Assembly (NCBI GenBank): GCA_023439545.1
Contig: JAEXNT010000031.1
Coordinates: forward strand, 25,994-89,993
Reading direction: 5' to 3'
Length of the DNA stretch: 64,000 bases
Source: Bacillota bacterium
Lineage (GTDB): Bacteria; Bacillota; Clostridia; Acetivibrionales; DTU013
Shown here one piece after another: positions 40,016-50,024 of the stretch. Numbering within the stretch: position 1 is the first letter of the stretch; every line of letters starts with the position of its first letter. The position numbers were made by a program, and so were the translations under genes. Under the pieces are notes generated by a model. That model worked only from the letters and a program-made list of their open reading frames with translations, made no database searches and had not been told where the DNA came from.

Positions 40016-41515
40016 ATGATCAAAGTTATGATCGTGGAAGATGTGGATATCATAAGGGAGGATGTCATACGGCTGATCAACTGGCAGGAACACGGTTTTA
40101 TCGTGATAGCCGAAGCCAGGAACGGCGAGATGGGTCTCGAAATGTTCAGGAAGCACAAGCCTGAAATTGTCATTACCGATATCAGGATGCCTGTCATGAC
40201 CGGCCTCGATATGATACAGGAGATACAGAAGACCGACAAGGATACGCAGTTCATTCTCTTGACGGACTACGGCGAGTTCGAGTATGCAAAAAAGGCCATG
40301 TATCTGGACGTCCATTCTTATCTTCTGAAATATGAACTGGACGATGACATGTTGCTCCGCGAACTCGAAAAAGTGCGCGCAATCGTTGAAAAACAGCGGA
40401 ATATAAACAGGATGACGAAGTCGGAATATCTCAAGGATTGGCTCATCCATGGCAAACGGGAAGCGGACGATCCCCAAAGCTTTTTTGGCTGGTACGGCCA
40501 CTGCTCCCTGATCGTAATAGATGCAAAAGGCTTCGACCGTAAGTCGTCCGAGCTTTATAACGACCTGCGGGAACAGCTGAATTCCGAAGCTCAGACTTAT
40601 GAATTCGAATATATAGAAATGTCCCCGCAGGAGTATGTCATTTTTTTAAAGGTATCCGAAAGCTTCAGCGAGTTGAAAAGCATGAATTATATAAGGACGT
40701 TTATCAGCCGCCTGCAGACATTGTTCAGGGAGACTTGCGCATTGGAGACGGCCGCCGCCGTGGGCGCGTATATCTATGGCTCTGGTGATGTCGCCGACGC
40801 CTACAGAAAAACAAAAAAACTTTTGCAGCAGAAAGTTTTTTACCCGAAAAGCTGCATCATAGATTTCCCCCCGCCGGAGCCTCCGGCAGCCCGGAAAGAG
40901 GAGGTCGCGCAGCTCCTGAAGTCCATCAGGTCCAATATACAAAACCTTAATGCCGACGAACTGCACGATCAGATACCCAGGCTTTTTACAGGCCTTCTGC
41001 GCGCGATCAAAAGTACCGAGCTGCTTGAAAACAGCGTCAGAGAACTTACCTTTGCGATCGCGAGCCGCAGCGTTCAGGGAAAAACGGACAACATGGGCGA
41101 AGTGCTTGATGAGATCATGGACTCCGTTCGCAATTATAACGTATATGTGCTTGCCGAGCTCTTCGACAAGGCGATAGAAATGCTAGGCGCCGATTTCGGT
41201 ACACGGTATTCCAAGCGTGTGAATGCCATCATAAGATACATTTCCGAGCATTACGGCGATGATATCAGTCTCTATGACCTTTCAAAGGAACTGGACCTCA
41301 GCGTGATTTATATCAGCCAGTTATTCAAGAAGGAAGTGGGCATTACCTTCTCGGCGTATCTGACGAAGGTCAGGATCGATAAGGCGATCGAGCTGCTCAG
41401 GACAGGACGCTACAAGGTGTACGAAGTGAGTAAAATGGTCGGCTATCAGACGGTCCAGTATTTCAGCAATATATTCAAAAAGGAAACCGGCAAAAAACCG
41501 GGCGATTTCTGTTAA
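40016..41515 (+). CDS. Response regulator with AraC-type HTH output (YesN-like)
   Basis: REC domain (VITDIRMPVMTG) plus C-terminal AraC HTH pair. 499 aa. Confidence 0.85.
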   Translation: MIKVMIVEDVDIIREDVIRLINWQEHGFIVIAEARNGEMGLEMFRKHKPEIVITDIRMPVMTGLDMIQEIQKTDKDTQFILLTDYGEFEYAKKAMYLDVHSYLLKYELDDDMLLRELEKVRAIVEKQRNINRMTKSEYLKDWLIHGKREADDPQSFFGWYGHCSLIVIDAKGFDRKSSELYNDLREQLNSEAQTYEFEYIEMSPQEYVIFLKVSESFSELKSMNYIRTFISRLQTLFRETCALETAAAVGAYIYGSGDVADAYRKTKKLLQQKVFYPKSCIIDFPPPEPPAARKEEVAQLLKSIRSNIQNLNADELHDQIPRLFTGLLRAIKSTELLENSVRELTFAIASRSVQGKTDNMGEVLDEIMDSVRNYNVYVLAELFDKAIEMLGADFGTRYSKRVNAIIRYISEHYGDDISLYDLSKELDLSVIYISQLFKKEVGITFSAYLTKVRIDKAIELLRTGRYKVYEVSKMVGYQTVQYFSNIFKKETGKKPGDFC

Positions 41516-41585
41516 GGCTCGGCTAACGGAAGTCATATTTCAATGATCTCTGAAAGCGGCCGGCTTTGTACAAGGGTGCCTCGTA

Positions 41586-41631
41586 TTGACTGAGCCCGGC
41601 CATTGTGCTATATTTTACTGTATATACAAGT
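41586..41631 (+). promoter_or_regulatory. Promoter plus operator (site D) for the GH2-kinase operon
   Basis: TTGACT (41586-41591), 17-nt spacer, TATATT (41609-41614), then TACTGTATATACAAGT (41616-41631). Confidence 0.7.
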
Positions 41632-41742
41632 AAATACATATATAGAGCTTAATTTCTTCTATATGATGTCATAAAAATAGACGGCATGCCAAAAATAAGC
41701 CGGTAATGCATCGCTTCAGGAGTACAAATACGGAGGTATAAG

Positions 41743-44241
41743 ATGAAAAACACTGTAATACTCAAAGAAGGATGGTCGATCAGAAAAATAAATCCCGCTG
41801 ACAGTCTTGACGAAAAGCGGATAGCGGAGTACTCGGCGGGTAACAGCGGGGAACTGTCTGCCGGGATGCCCGCACAGGTCCATGAAATATTGCTGGGGTA
41901 CGGTAAGATAGAAGATCCGACAGTTCTGGGGAATACTGAAAAATGTCTCTGGGTGTCCGAATCCGACTGGATATACAAATGCGAATTCAATGCAACCAAA
42001 GCAGGCAAAAGGCAGTATCTGAACTTCAAAGGGCTCGACACACTGGCTGACATCTATCTGAACGGCAGTCATATCGCCAGCCATAACGATATGTACATTC
42101 CACTCAGGGTAGATGTGACAGAGACCTTGAGGGATACCAATACGCTTCTCGTCCATTTTCACTCGCCCCAGGAATATCTCAGGCATCACAGCTGCGCCGC
42201 GATCGACAGCGGCAAGGTGGCAAAGCATAAATTACTCAGAAAGCCCGTGCATGATTTTATAGATTTTCTTGGTACAAAGCCGTATTTTACAAATATAGGC
42301 ATATTCGCCGACGTCATACTCGAGACGGCGGAGGAATGTGAGCTCGTATACGCCGACATACAGGCGAAGCTCAGCGATGATTACAAGAACGGTATTTTGC
42401 AGATAACTGCGGACGGTCTGGGCCGGCTCGAGAACGGTTCACTGGAGATCACTGTCACTGCGCCCGACGGGAAGGTTTGCGGTAAGCTTTCGGTGAACCT
42501 CGGAAAAACCGGGGCGGACGAATGGGCTAAGAATGCCAGGCTTTCAATTGAGGAACCTGCCCTTTGGTGGCCGCGCACTCTCGGCGGACAGCCCCTCTAC
42601 AAGGTTGAGGTCGGTTTGACGGACAACGGTGTTCTGACGGATAAAGTTGTAAAGAACATAGGTTTCAGGAAGATAGAAATGGCCGAGCCGTTTGACTTTA
42701 CCATAAACGGGAGGCCTTTGAAGCTCTGGGGGGCGTGTTTCGCGCCTACGCAGAGGTTAACCAACGTATGGAGCAGCAGGATTGCCAATACTCTTATGGA
42801 TATGGTCGAGAACGCCAACATGAATATCATGAGGATATGGGGCGAGGGAGTGCCGTACCCGGACGAATTGTACGATGAGGCGGACAAGAGGGGACTCCTG
42901 CTCTGGCAGGAATTCTACATGAGCTACGGAATGCATCCGGATGAAGAGTGGTACAAGGAACTCTGCAGAAAAGAAGCCGAATATGTTGTAAAGAGATTGA
43001 AGAACCGCGCTTCGGTTTTGATGTGGTGCGGCGGCAACGAGACCTCGATGAGTGTGCAATACGACCACCCGGGCGAGAAATGCTACGGTGACGAGATCTA
43101 TCTCGAAGATTACAAGAAAATATGCGAAAGCTTGGATCCGGACCGGTATTATCATCCGACTTCACCCTACGGAGGCGCTTTTGCGAACAGTCCGCGCGAG
43201 GGCGATACCCATGGGTATACTCATATCTGGTACGTACCGGGAGCCGATTACCCCGTATTCCTTTCCGAGAATACAAGGGTTTCGACGCCTGCCCTGAAAA
43301 GCATGAAAAAATACATGGGGGATAAGCTGTGGCCCGATGGCTATACGCCAATGGTGAGAAACCATCAGGAGCCTCCGATGCCGGAAACATGGATTGAGCG
43401 TGCTCCCGGCGGCGTATGGGAACGAACCAAAAATTTTGAGAAGTTCTATGACGCCGATAATCCGGAAGACCTTATCTACAGGCTGAGCTCGGCGCACACA
43501 CAGCATATAAGGGAAACGGCGGAAAGATCGAGAAGGGGCAGGCCTGCATACGATACTTCCGGTAAAAGGATCTGCAAGGGGCATACCGTATGGAAGCTGA
43601 ATGAACCGTATCCGGCCTTCTATTCAAGCATGATAGACTATTACCTCGAGCCGAATATGCCGTATTATGCTTTAAGGCGGGCCAACGAACCCGTACTGCT
43701 TTCGTTCGACGTAGGTAACGACATATACCTGTGGATCGTTAATGACAGCGCCGTTGCGGCAGGAGGGACTGTAGTCTGCGACCTGTTCAACCCGAGGACA
43801 AACTCTGTGATAAAGGAAATGAGGAAGGAAGTAACCGTATCGCCCGATGAATCCAAGGTCATTTTCAGGCTAGACGAATTCGGTCAGTTCAGGCGTGAGA
43901 ATTTCCTCTACGCACGGCTTGAGGACAAAAACGGGAACGTCATTGCCAGAACCAACGATTACGTCGACAGCGAGCGTTATTTGTACTTCCCCGACGCAGC
44001 TCTCAAATTGCGGCAGGAGGGAGAAGAGCTTGTAATAAAGGCGGATAAATTCGCAAGGTGCATAGAGCTGTCGGGCAACGATAACGGAGATGAATTCGGC
44101 TGGTTCTTCCAGGACAATTATTTTGATCTGATGCCCTGGGAAACGAAGAGGGTCAGGGTCCTCGGGAAACACAGCAAGGGGCTGGTCACGGCCAAAGCCC
44201 GGTTTTCTTCGCACAGGGCGGAAATACAATACAAAAAGTAA
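41743..44241 (+). CDS. Glycoside hydrolase family 2, beta-mannosidase-like, paralogue 1 (intracellular)
   Basis: 832 aa. RIWGEGVPY...LLLWQEF, acid/base WCGGNE, nucleophile region FLSEN. No signal peptide. Confidence 0.8.
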   Translation: MKNTVILKEGWSIRKINPADSLDEKRIAEYSAGNSGELSAGMPAQVHEILLGYGKIEDPTVLGNTEKCLWVSESDWIYKCEFNATKAGKRQYLNFKGLDTLADIYLNGSHIASHNDMYIPLRVDVTETLRDTNTLLVHFHSPQEYLRHHSCAAIDSGKVAKHKLLRKPVHDFIDFLGTKPYFTNIGIFADVILETAEECELVYADIQAKLSDDYKNGILQITADGLGRLENGSLEITVTAPDGKVCGKLSVNLGKTGADEWAKNARLSIEEPALWWPRTLGGQPLYKVEVGLTDNGVLTDKVVKNIGFRKIEMAEPFDFTINGRPLKLWGACFAPTQRLTNVWSSRIANTLMDMVENANMNIMRIWGEGVPYPDELYDEADKRGLLLWQEFYMSYGMHPDEEWYKELCRKEAEYVVKRLKNRASVLMWCGGNETSMSVQYDHPGEKCYGDEIYLEDYKKICESLDPDRYYHPTSPYGGAFANSPREGDTHGYTHIWYVPGADYPVFLSENTRVSTPALKSMKKYMGDKLWPDGYTPMVRNHQEPPMPETWIERAPGGVWERTKNFEKFYDADNPEDLIYRLSSAHTQHIRETAERSRRGRPAYDTSGKRICKGHTVWKLNEPYPAFYSSMIDYYLEPNMPYYALRRANEPVLLSFDVGNDIYLWIVNDSAVAAGGTVVCDLFNPRTNSVIKEMRKEVTVSPDESKVIFRLDEFGQFRRENFLYARLEDKNGNVIARTNDYVDSERYLYFPDAALKLRQEGEELVIKADKFARCIELSGNDNGDEFGWFFQDNYFDLMPWETKRVRVLGKHSKGLVTAKARFSSHRAEIQYKK

Positions 44242-44284
44242 GCTGCAGTAAAAAAGCTGTTAACGGTAAAAGGAGGTAGCCGGT

Positions 44285-45622
44285 ATGAAGGATTTGATCT
44301 CCAGGCTGAGGGTAGATCCCGACAGGGATCTCAAAAGGCTTCTGGAAGCTATGGACAATAACGGGGTCTCCATACTGCCCACCGGCATGGAAAGGCATTT
44401 TGAGATAGCCAGGCTTAAGCCGGCCGGGTTCCGGAACCACGATACCGTGCTCGGCATTTCCATAGGCGGTTCGAATACGAAGGTAATCCTTGCATCCATG
44501 AGAGACGGGAGGCTGGTCATCCATCATCTTGCCGCCAGGGCGAACCCTCTGACGAAAACGCACTATACCGATTACTTCGATTCCTTTTTGTTTGGGGATA
44601 AAGCAATCAGGGAATACATGAGTAATTCCAAAGACCTGTGCGTCGGCATATCCGTGGCGGTTCCCATAATTGACGGAGTACCGTTCCATAAGCACAAGAT
44701 ACCTACTATAGAAGGCCTGATCGCGCGTGATTATGAGAGGGACGCGGCGACCCATAACATATATGAAAACATGCGGGCATACCTGAAAGAGCGGGGAGTG
44801 GCGGTAAGGTCGCTGTTTTGCCAGTTCGATTCCATAGTGGCAAACTACGGCGGCGCATCGCTCAGCGAGCTCGGACCGGATGAAAAGACAATGCTGCTTG
44901 TCTGCGGTACCGGGCTGGCAGCCGCTATAGAGCAGAATACGGTGTCTATCGGGATGGCCGACGTATTCGACAAAACTCTTGATGACGATACCCTTCTGCC
45001 TTTTGACCTTACCGAAGGCCATCAATACCAGTATGCGATTGCGGGAAAAGGCCTCTATGGCCTTATGGAGAGGGCTGTCAGACTAAAGGCGCGAGAGGCG
45101 GGTTCGAAGCTGCAATCGTTCGATCCCGCAGTTTATTTCAAAACAGCTTACGACACCAGATCGGTAGTAGAGTTGTGGGAAAGTACGCTGGGACACGGTA
45201 TCATGGGAAAAGCAAAGGAAATATTGAGCGAGGCCGGCTCCGATATGTTTTTTGAGCTGCAGGACATCGCTTCCGCAATAGTTGAGCGTGCCATTACAGG
45301 GCTCGCTAACTGTGCGGCGGCGGCGATCTACGCGGACTCTTCCGCCGGCGGCAAACCGCATACCGTATTTTTCGAGGGTAGTATAGCCTTGAACGGGAAT
45401 ATGCTGCCAAGGATCAAAAACGAGATCATCCACAGGATCGGCTCGAGCCCTGCGTATGACGAACTGAATATTCCCAGGCCTCCGGTACCTTTGCTGTGCA
45501 AGACCCCGATGCCTGTTATTTCAGATAATGCGGGTATTCCGGAAAGGGAATTGCAGCAGGTAGACCTGACTGTAAAGGGAGCCGTAACCTCGGCTATAGC
45601 CGAAGATATCCTTAAAGCCTGA
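44285..45622 (+). CDS. Hexokinase-family (ASKHA) sugar kinase, paralogue 2
   Basis: Collinear with the 32613 gene: LGISIGGSNTKV, GISVAVP, LLVCGTGLA, HQYQYAIAGKGLYGLMER, VFFEGSIA. Confidence 0.6.
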   Translation: MKDLISRLRVDPDRDLKRLLEAMDNNGVSILPTGMERHFEIARLKPAGFRNHDTVLGISIGGSNTKVILASMRDGRLVIHHLAARANPLTKTHYTDYFDSFLFGDKAIREYMSNSKDLCVGISVAVPIIDGVPFHKHKIPTIEGLIARDYERDAATHNIYENMRAYLKERGVAVRSLFCQFDSIVANYGGASLSELGPDEKTMLLVCGTGLAAAIEQNTVSIGMADVFDKTLDDDTLLPFDLTEGHQYQYAIAGKGLYGLMERAVRLKAREAGSKLQSFDPAVYFKTAYDTRSVVELWESTLGHGIMGKAKEILSEAGSDMFFELQDIASAIVERAITGLANCAAAAIYADSSAGGKPHTVFFEGSIALNGNMLPRIKNEIIHRIGSSPAYDELNIPRPPVPLLCKTPMPVISDNAGIPERELQQVDLTVKGAVTSAIAEDILKA

Positions 45623-45826
45623 TCCGTGATTAAAAAGCCAGCCAGATACTGCCGTACCAAAACCAATCACAGTGTGGTACACTATATGCTAACCAAGCCC
45701 GGGACGAAATCCCCGGGCGCCCGCATTGCTGCACATTGCAAAGGTATGGTACCTTCAGCAACTCTATTTATGACCGTATACATAATCTTGTTTTTGCTTA
45801 TGTACAGTTATGGGGAGGTGACGGCA

Positions 45827-47539
45827 ATGCGAAACAGGTTCAAAACAAACAAGGTTTTCCTTAAAATATTTCTGGTAACGGCTTTGGCAGTGGTTATATC
45901 CGTAACCAGCTGTCTGCTGTTTATACTTTCATATTTCAGATCCAATTTCCAGAATCTCCTGTTCGAAAGGACCCAGGATTCCGTTTTGAAAATGACCGAT
46001 CAGGTGTCAAACAATCTTGAAGAGCTTTCTTCGCTTGGCCAGATAATAGCGTTCGACGATTCAGTACAGAGTACGCTGATCAAAACGAATTCTCCTGAAG
46101 GAGTTTTTGATTATTTCTCTACGGTCCAGGCAGGCAAACAGGTGCTAAAAAAATATGCCAATCTGCGTTCGGATATAGTATACGATATCGTGCTTGTCAA
46201 TAAAAACGGACAAATACTGGAGATGGACAATAATTATGTTAATTTGTTCAATTCCGATAATTACTCGCAGGTGAAATCCGACAGGACCGGATTCATACCT
46301 CCTCAAAACTATACTTATAATGTCAATATCGGGCATTGGAATATCGTATCGCATGTCTCTAATGTATACAGCAAGAAAGATTTTTCTTTTATCGGTAAAA
46401 TAGTGATAGTGGCAAATAACAACTCTGTTATAGAAAATCTTCTTACTTTTGAAAGTAATTCGGGAATAAATCTTGCATTATATGATCCGGATGGAAAATT
46501 GTTCTATTCTTCGGACAATACCCGCGATTTTCAAAACGAATACAGAAATTCGCCGTCCAGCCATGATTTTTACTTCAAGCAAAATCTGTCGCTCAAGGAC
46601 TGGTATGTGGTCTGCAGCGTTTCTGGCAACATAATCAATAACAATATAAATAATACTTACAGGATGATTTTCTTCATACTTCTGATGGTCCTGATTATTC
46701 TGATGATAATTATCTACAGCCTTGTGCTGAATATAACCAACCCTTTGTACAAGCTGATAGAAGGAATGAGGCGGGTATCCAGGGGCGAACGCAGGGTCAG
46801 CCTGTCAATAAATACGAACGACGAGATAGAAGAAGTCTCCCACGTTTTCAACGAGATGGTGCGCAACGTCGAGACAAGCACGCAGGAACTGCTCGAGAGC
46901 CAGGTCAAGGAAAACGAAGCCAAGATCAGGATGCTGATATACCAGATAAATCCGCATTTTATTTACAATACCCTGAATTGCGTCATATGCCTTGCCAGAA
47001 AAAATGACAACGAAGGCATCATCTCATTGATGCGGACCTTCATTACTCTGCTTCGCGGTGTTATAAGCACGGATACGAACAGCTTTGAATTTATTAAGGA
47101 TGAGATGGAATACATCAATAATTATGTAGACGTATTGAAGTACAGTTACAACAACATCCCTTCCGTTACGTGGGACGTCGATCAGGATCTTATGGAAAAC
47201 AGGATATTGAAGCAGATATTGTACCCGCTCGTGGAAAACAGCATATTCCACGGGATATTGCCTGTCGAGCATCCATGCCGGCTGACGGTATCCATAAAGC
47301 ACGAAGGTGATGCGATAAGGGTCACTGTTGCCGATAACGGACGTGGGATGACTGACGAGGAGTTTGGCAGACTTAAGGAGGATTTCATTGTAAATGAGGC
47401 TGTAGACGGCAAGCATATAGGCCTCCAGAACATCAACAAGCGCCTGATGCTGATCTTCGGGCCGAAGAGCGCGCTTTCAGTAAAAAGCCGTATTGGCGAG
47501 GGCACTGAAATATCGTTTTCATATATAAAAAAGTTATAA
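45827..47539 (+). CDS. Sensor histidine kinase, YesM/LytS-like (His_kinase + HATPase_c)
   Basis: ATG after a GGGGAGGTG RBS. Two TM helices flank an extracytoplasmic domain, followed by HAMP, QINPHFIYNTLN and an HATPase domain. Confidence 0.85.
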   Translation: MRNRFKTNKVFLKIFLVTALAVVISVTSCLLFILSYFRSNFQNLLFERTQDSVLKMTDQVSNNLEELSSLGQIIAFDDSVQSTLIKTNSPEGVFDYFSTVQAGKQVLKKYANLRSDIVYDIVLVNKNGQILEMDNNYVNLFNSDNYSQVKSDRTGFIPPQNYTYNVNIGHWNIVSHVSNVYSKKDFSFIGKIVIVANNNSVIENLLTFESNSGINLALYDPDGKLFYSSDNTRDFQNEYRNSPSSHDFYFKQNLSLKDWYVVCSVSGNIINNNINNTYRMIFFILLMVLIILMIIIYSLVLNITNPLYKLIEGMRRVSRGERRVSLSINTNDEIEEVSHVFNEMVRNVETSTQELLESQVKENEAKIRMLIYQINPHFIYNTLNCVICLARKNDNEGIISLMRTFITLLRGVISTDTNSFEFIKDEMEYINNYVDVLKYSYNNIPSVTWDVDQDLMENRILKQILYPLVENSIFHGILPVEHPCRLTVSIKHEGDAIRVTVADNGRGMTDEEFGRLKEDFIVNEAVDGKHIGLQNINKRLMLIFGPKSALSVKSRIGEGTEISFSYIKKL

Positions 47540-47620
47540 ATAATAATAGTTTTGTTATGTATAACCCTTAAAATAAAAGTTCTATACTTGCAATATAAAA
47601 TTCAAGGAGGAGGCAGTAAA

Positions 47621-48985
47621 ATGAAAAAGTTTAACAAAGTACTAATTGTTTTGCTTACTCTAGCAATGCTGATCTCTGTGGCTGCTTGCGGCAATACCGC
47701 CAGCAACACAACCGGCAACACAACCACGGCAAGTGCTTCGACCGCGGCTGAAGCATCCACGGCTCCGGCAGCAACAGCTCCGGCTGGTGACAAAGCAATC
47801 ACTATCTGGTGCTGGGACAACAGCGACACCCGTAAACAGATGCATGGTGATTTTACCAAGGAAATGGGTATTACTGTAAACCTGACGTCGGTACTCGCTA
47901 TCGATATGGCCCAGAAGCTGCAGACTACTCTTGCAGCCGGCGGCGAAATGCCTGATATCGCATGGTCTGAAGCTACGTATCGTGGCGCGCTTCTGAACCT
48001 CGGTATCTGGGAAGACATCACAAAGGCTCCGTACAGCTTCGACACCTCCAAGGTTCTGGATTACCTCGTACAGCTCGAAACCTCGGTAGACGGTCAGTAT
48101 ATTGGACCTGAATGCCCGTCGGTAGCTGGTATCGCTTACAAGCGTGAACTTGCAAAGCAATACTTTGGAACTGACGACCCGGCAGAGCTCGAAAAGATGT
48201 TCCCGACCTGGAACGACTTTATAACCAAAGGCAAGGAAGTTCAGCAGAAATCCAACGGCAAGGTATTCATGTTCTCAAGCCTTGGAGCTCTCGGACTGAT
48301 TCTCAAAGGACAGGGCGCAACTCCGTTTGTAAACGGCGAAAAGATAACCTTCGCTGATTCAATGAAGCCGATACTCACACAGGTATCCGAATTTGCAAAA
48401 GCAGGCGTTATCGACGTATATGATTATGACTCCGCTGAAGAAGGCGCATCCTATGCAACAAAGGAAGATATCTTCTATCCTTGCGCCAACTGGTCGGTTA
48501 AGTTCACTATCGAGACCAACGACAAGAACGGCAACAACAAGTGGGGCTTCATGCTTCCTCCCGGAGGCGGCTTTGCAATGGGCGGTACCGTTATGGCGGT
48601 TCCGGCGGCTGCTAAGCACAAAGAAGACGCTGTAACCTATATCAAGTACTTCTTCCAGGATGAAAGAGGAGCAGCTCTCCAGAAGAAATACAAAGGCAAC
48701 TTCTCGCCTTTCAAACCGATCTACGAAAAGTCTGAACCTTTCTATACTACTCCTGACCCGTTCTTCGCAAATCAGGACGTTATGAAGGACATCCAGACCC
48801 GTGTTCTCCCGAGCATCAAGAACGTAAGGACTCCTGTTCCGTATGATCAGGCTATCAACGACGCATACAACCTCGCACTCAAGAGCATCAACGCAGCCAA
48901 AGGCAATGTAAATATTGACGATCTTCTCAAGACAATGGCTGACCAGCTTATCACCAACAACCCTGGACTGACCCGCGAGAACTAG
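47621..48985 (+). CDS. ABC sugar transporter substrate-binding lipoprotein
   Basis: MKKFNKVLIVLLTLAMLISVAAC lipobox after an AGGAGGAGG RBS, followed by a Thr/Ala-rich linker. Confidence 0.85.
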   Translation: MKKFNKVLIVLLTLAMLISVAACGNTASNTTGNTTTASASTAAEASTAPAATAPAGDKAITIWCWDNSDTRKQMHGDFTKEMGITVNLTSVLAIDMAQKLQTTLAAGGEMPDIAWSEATYRGALLNLGIWEDITKAPYSFDTSKVLDYLVQLETSVDGQYIGPECPSVAGIAYKRELAKQYFGTDDPAELEKMFPTWNDFITKGKEVQQKSNGKVFMFSSLGALGLILKGQGATPFVNGEKITFADSMKPILTQVSEFAKAGVIDVYDYDSAEEGASYATKEDIFYPCANWSVKFTIETNDKNGNNKWGFMLPPGGGFAMGGTVMAVPAAAKHKEDAVTYIKYFFQDERGAALQKKYKGNFSPFKPIYEKSEPFYTTPDPFFANQDVMKDIQTRVLPSIKNVRTPVPYDQAINDAYNLALKSINAAKGNVNIDDLLKTMADQLITNNPGLTREN

Positions 48986-49040
48986 TCGCGAGCCGGACAG
49001 GTATAAAAGAGATGTTTGATTTGAACGTATGATATGTGGT

Positions 49041-49069
49041 AAGAGGAGGTTGCGAAAGCTCCTCCTCTT
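49041..49069 (+). terminator. Stem-loop between the SBP and permease genes
   Basis: AAGAGGAGG-ttgcgaaagct-CCTCCTCTT with no strong T run. Confidence 0.45.
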
Positions 49070-49111
49070 ATTATATGCTCCCTAAAAGATATCCGAAAGC
49101 GCGGTGAATTT

Positions 49112-50011
49112 ATGAAAGCTAAAAGAAAACAGAAATCACCAATTACGCCGTACACGATGATAGCTCCGTTTTTTATCTTATACTTTACTTTCAGCCTTTT
49201 TCCAATGCTTTTTTCATTGGGTGTCAGCTTCTTTAACTGGAGTGGTTTCGGACAGGCAAAATTTGTTGGTATAGAGAACTATGTGCGGGTATTTCATGAT
49301 CCCAACTTTTATAAAGCAATAAAGAATGTATTGATTATATTCTGCTTCTCAATCCCGATAGAACTGGCGCTGGGCCTGATGACGGCGACAGCGCTGAAGG
49401 ACTTCTTCTCGAAGACACGCGGCGCATTCCAGCTGTTTAACTTCCTTCCGTATATTACTACGCCTGTTGCAGTCGGTATCATTTTCTCGCTGATGTTCGA
49501 CTGGAAGTCGGGTGTTGTAAACGAATTGATAACGGCGCTCGGAGGTACCTCTGTTTACTGGCTGGGTGTACCGTGGGCATCGAGAGCGGTTGTCGTGGCT
49601 ATGATAGTATGGAAGGGCTACGGCTATAACATGGTTATGTTCCTGGCCGGTCTGTCGACGATCCCGGGTGACCTTTATGAAGCGGCCAAGATCGACGGAG
49701 CCAACTGGTGGCAGGGCTTCAGGAAGATTACCCTTCCGATGCTCAGGCCGATCTTCGTATTTGTTGTCACCACAAGCATCATTAATGCCTGGAAGCTGTT
49801 CGACGAACCTCAGCTGCTATTCTCCGGCAACACACAGCCGATCGGCGGACCGGAGCGCTCAGTCCTGACGGTCATCATGAGATACTATGAATCCGCTTTC
49901 CGTCAGTTCCAGTTCGGTTACGGCTCAGCCATAGCTTATGTACTATTTATAATCATTGCGATTTTCTCGATCGTCAGCGTTAAGTCGATGAATCGCGATA
50001 ACACTATATGA
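49112..50011 (+). CDS. ABC sugar transporter permease
   Basis: EAA loop YEAAKIDGANWWQGFRKITLPM; six helices. Confidence 0.85.
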   Translation: MKAKRKQKSPITPYTMIAPFFILYFTFSLFPMLFSLGVSFFNWSGFGQAKFVGIENYVRVFHDPNFYKAIKNVLIIFCFSIPIELALGLMTATALKDFFSKTRGAFQLFNFLPYITTPVAVGIIFSLMFDWKSGVVNELITALGGTSVYWLGVPWASRAVVVAMIVWKGYGYNMVMFLAGLSTIPGDLYEAAKIDGANWWQGFRKITLPMLRPIFVFVVTTSIINAWKLFDEPQLLFSGNTQPIGGPERSVLTVIMRYYESAFRQFQFGYGSAIAYVLFIIIAIFSIVSVKSMNRDNTI

Positions 50012-50024
50012 GGAGGTGGGACAA

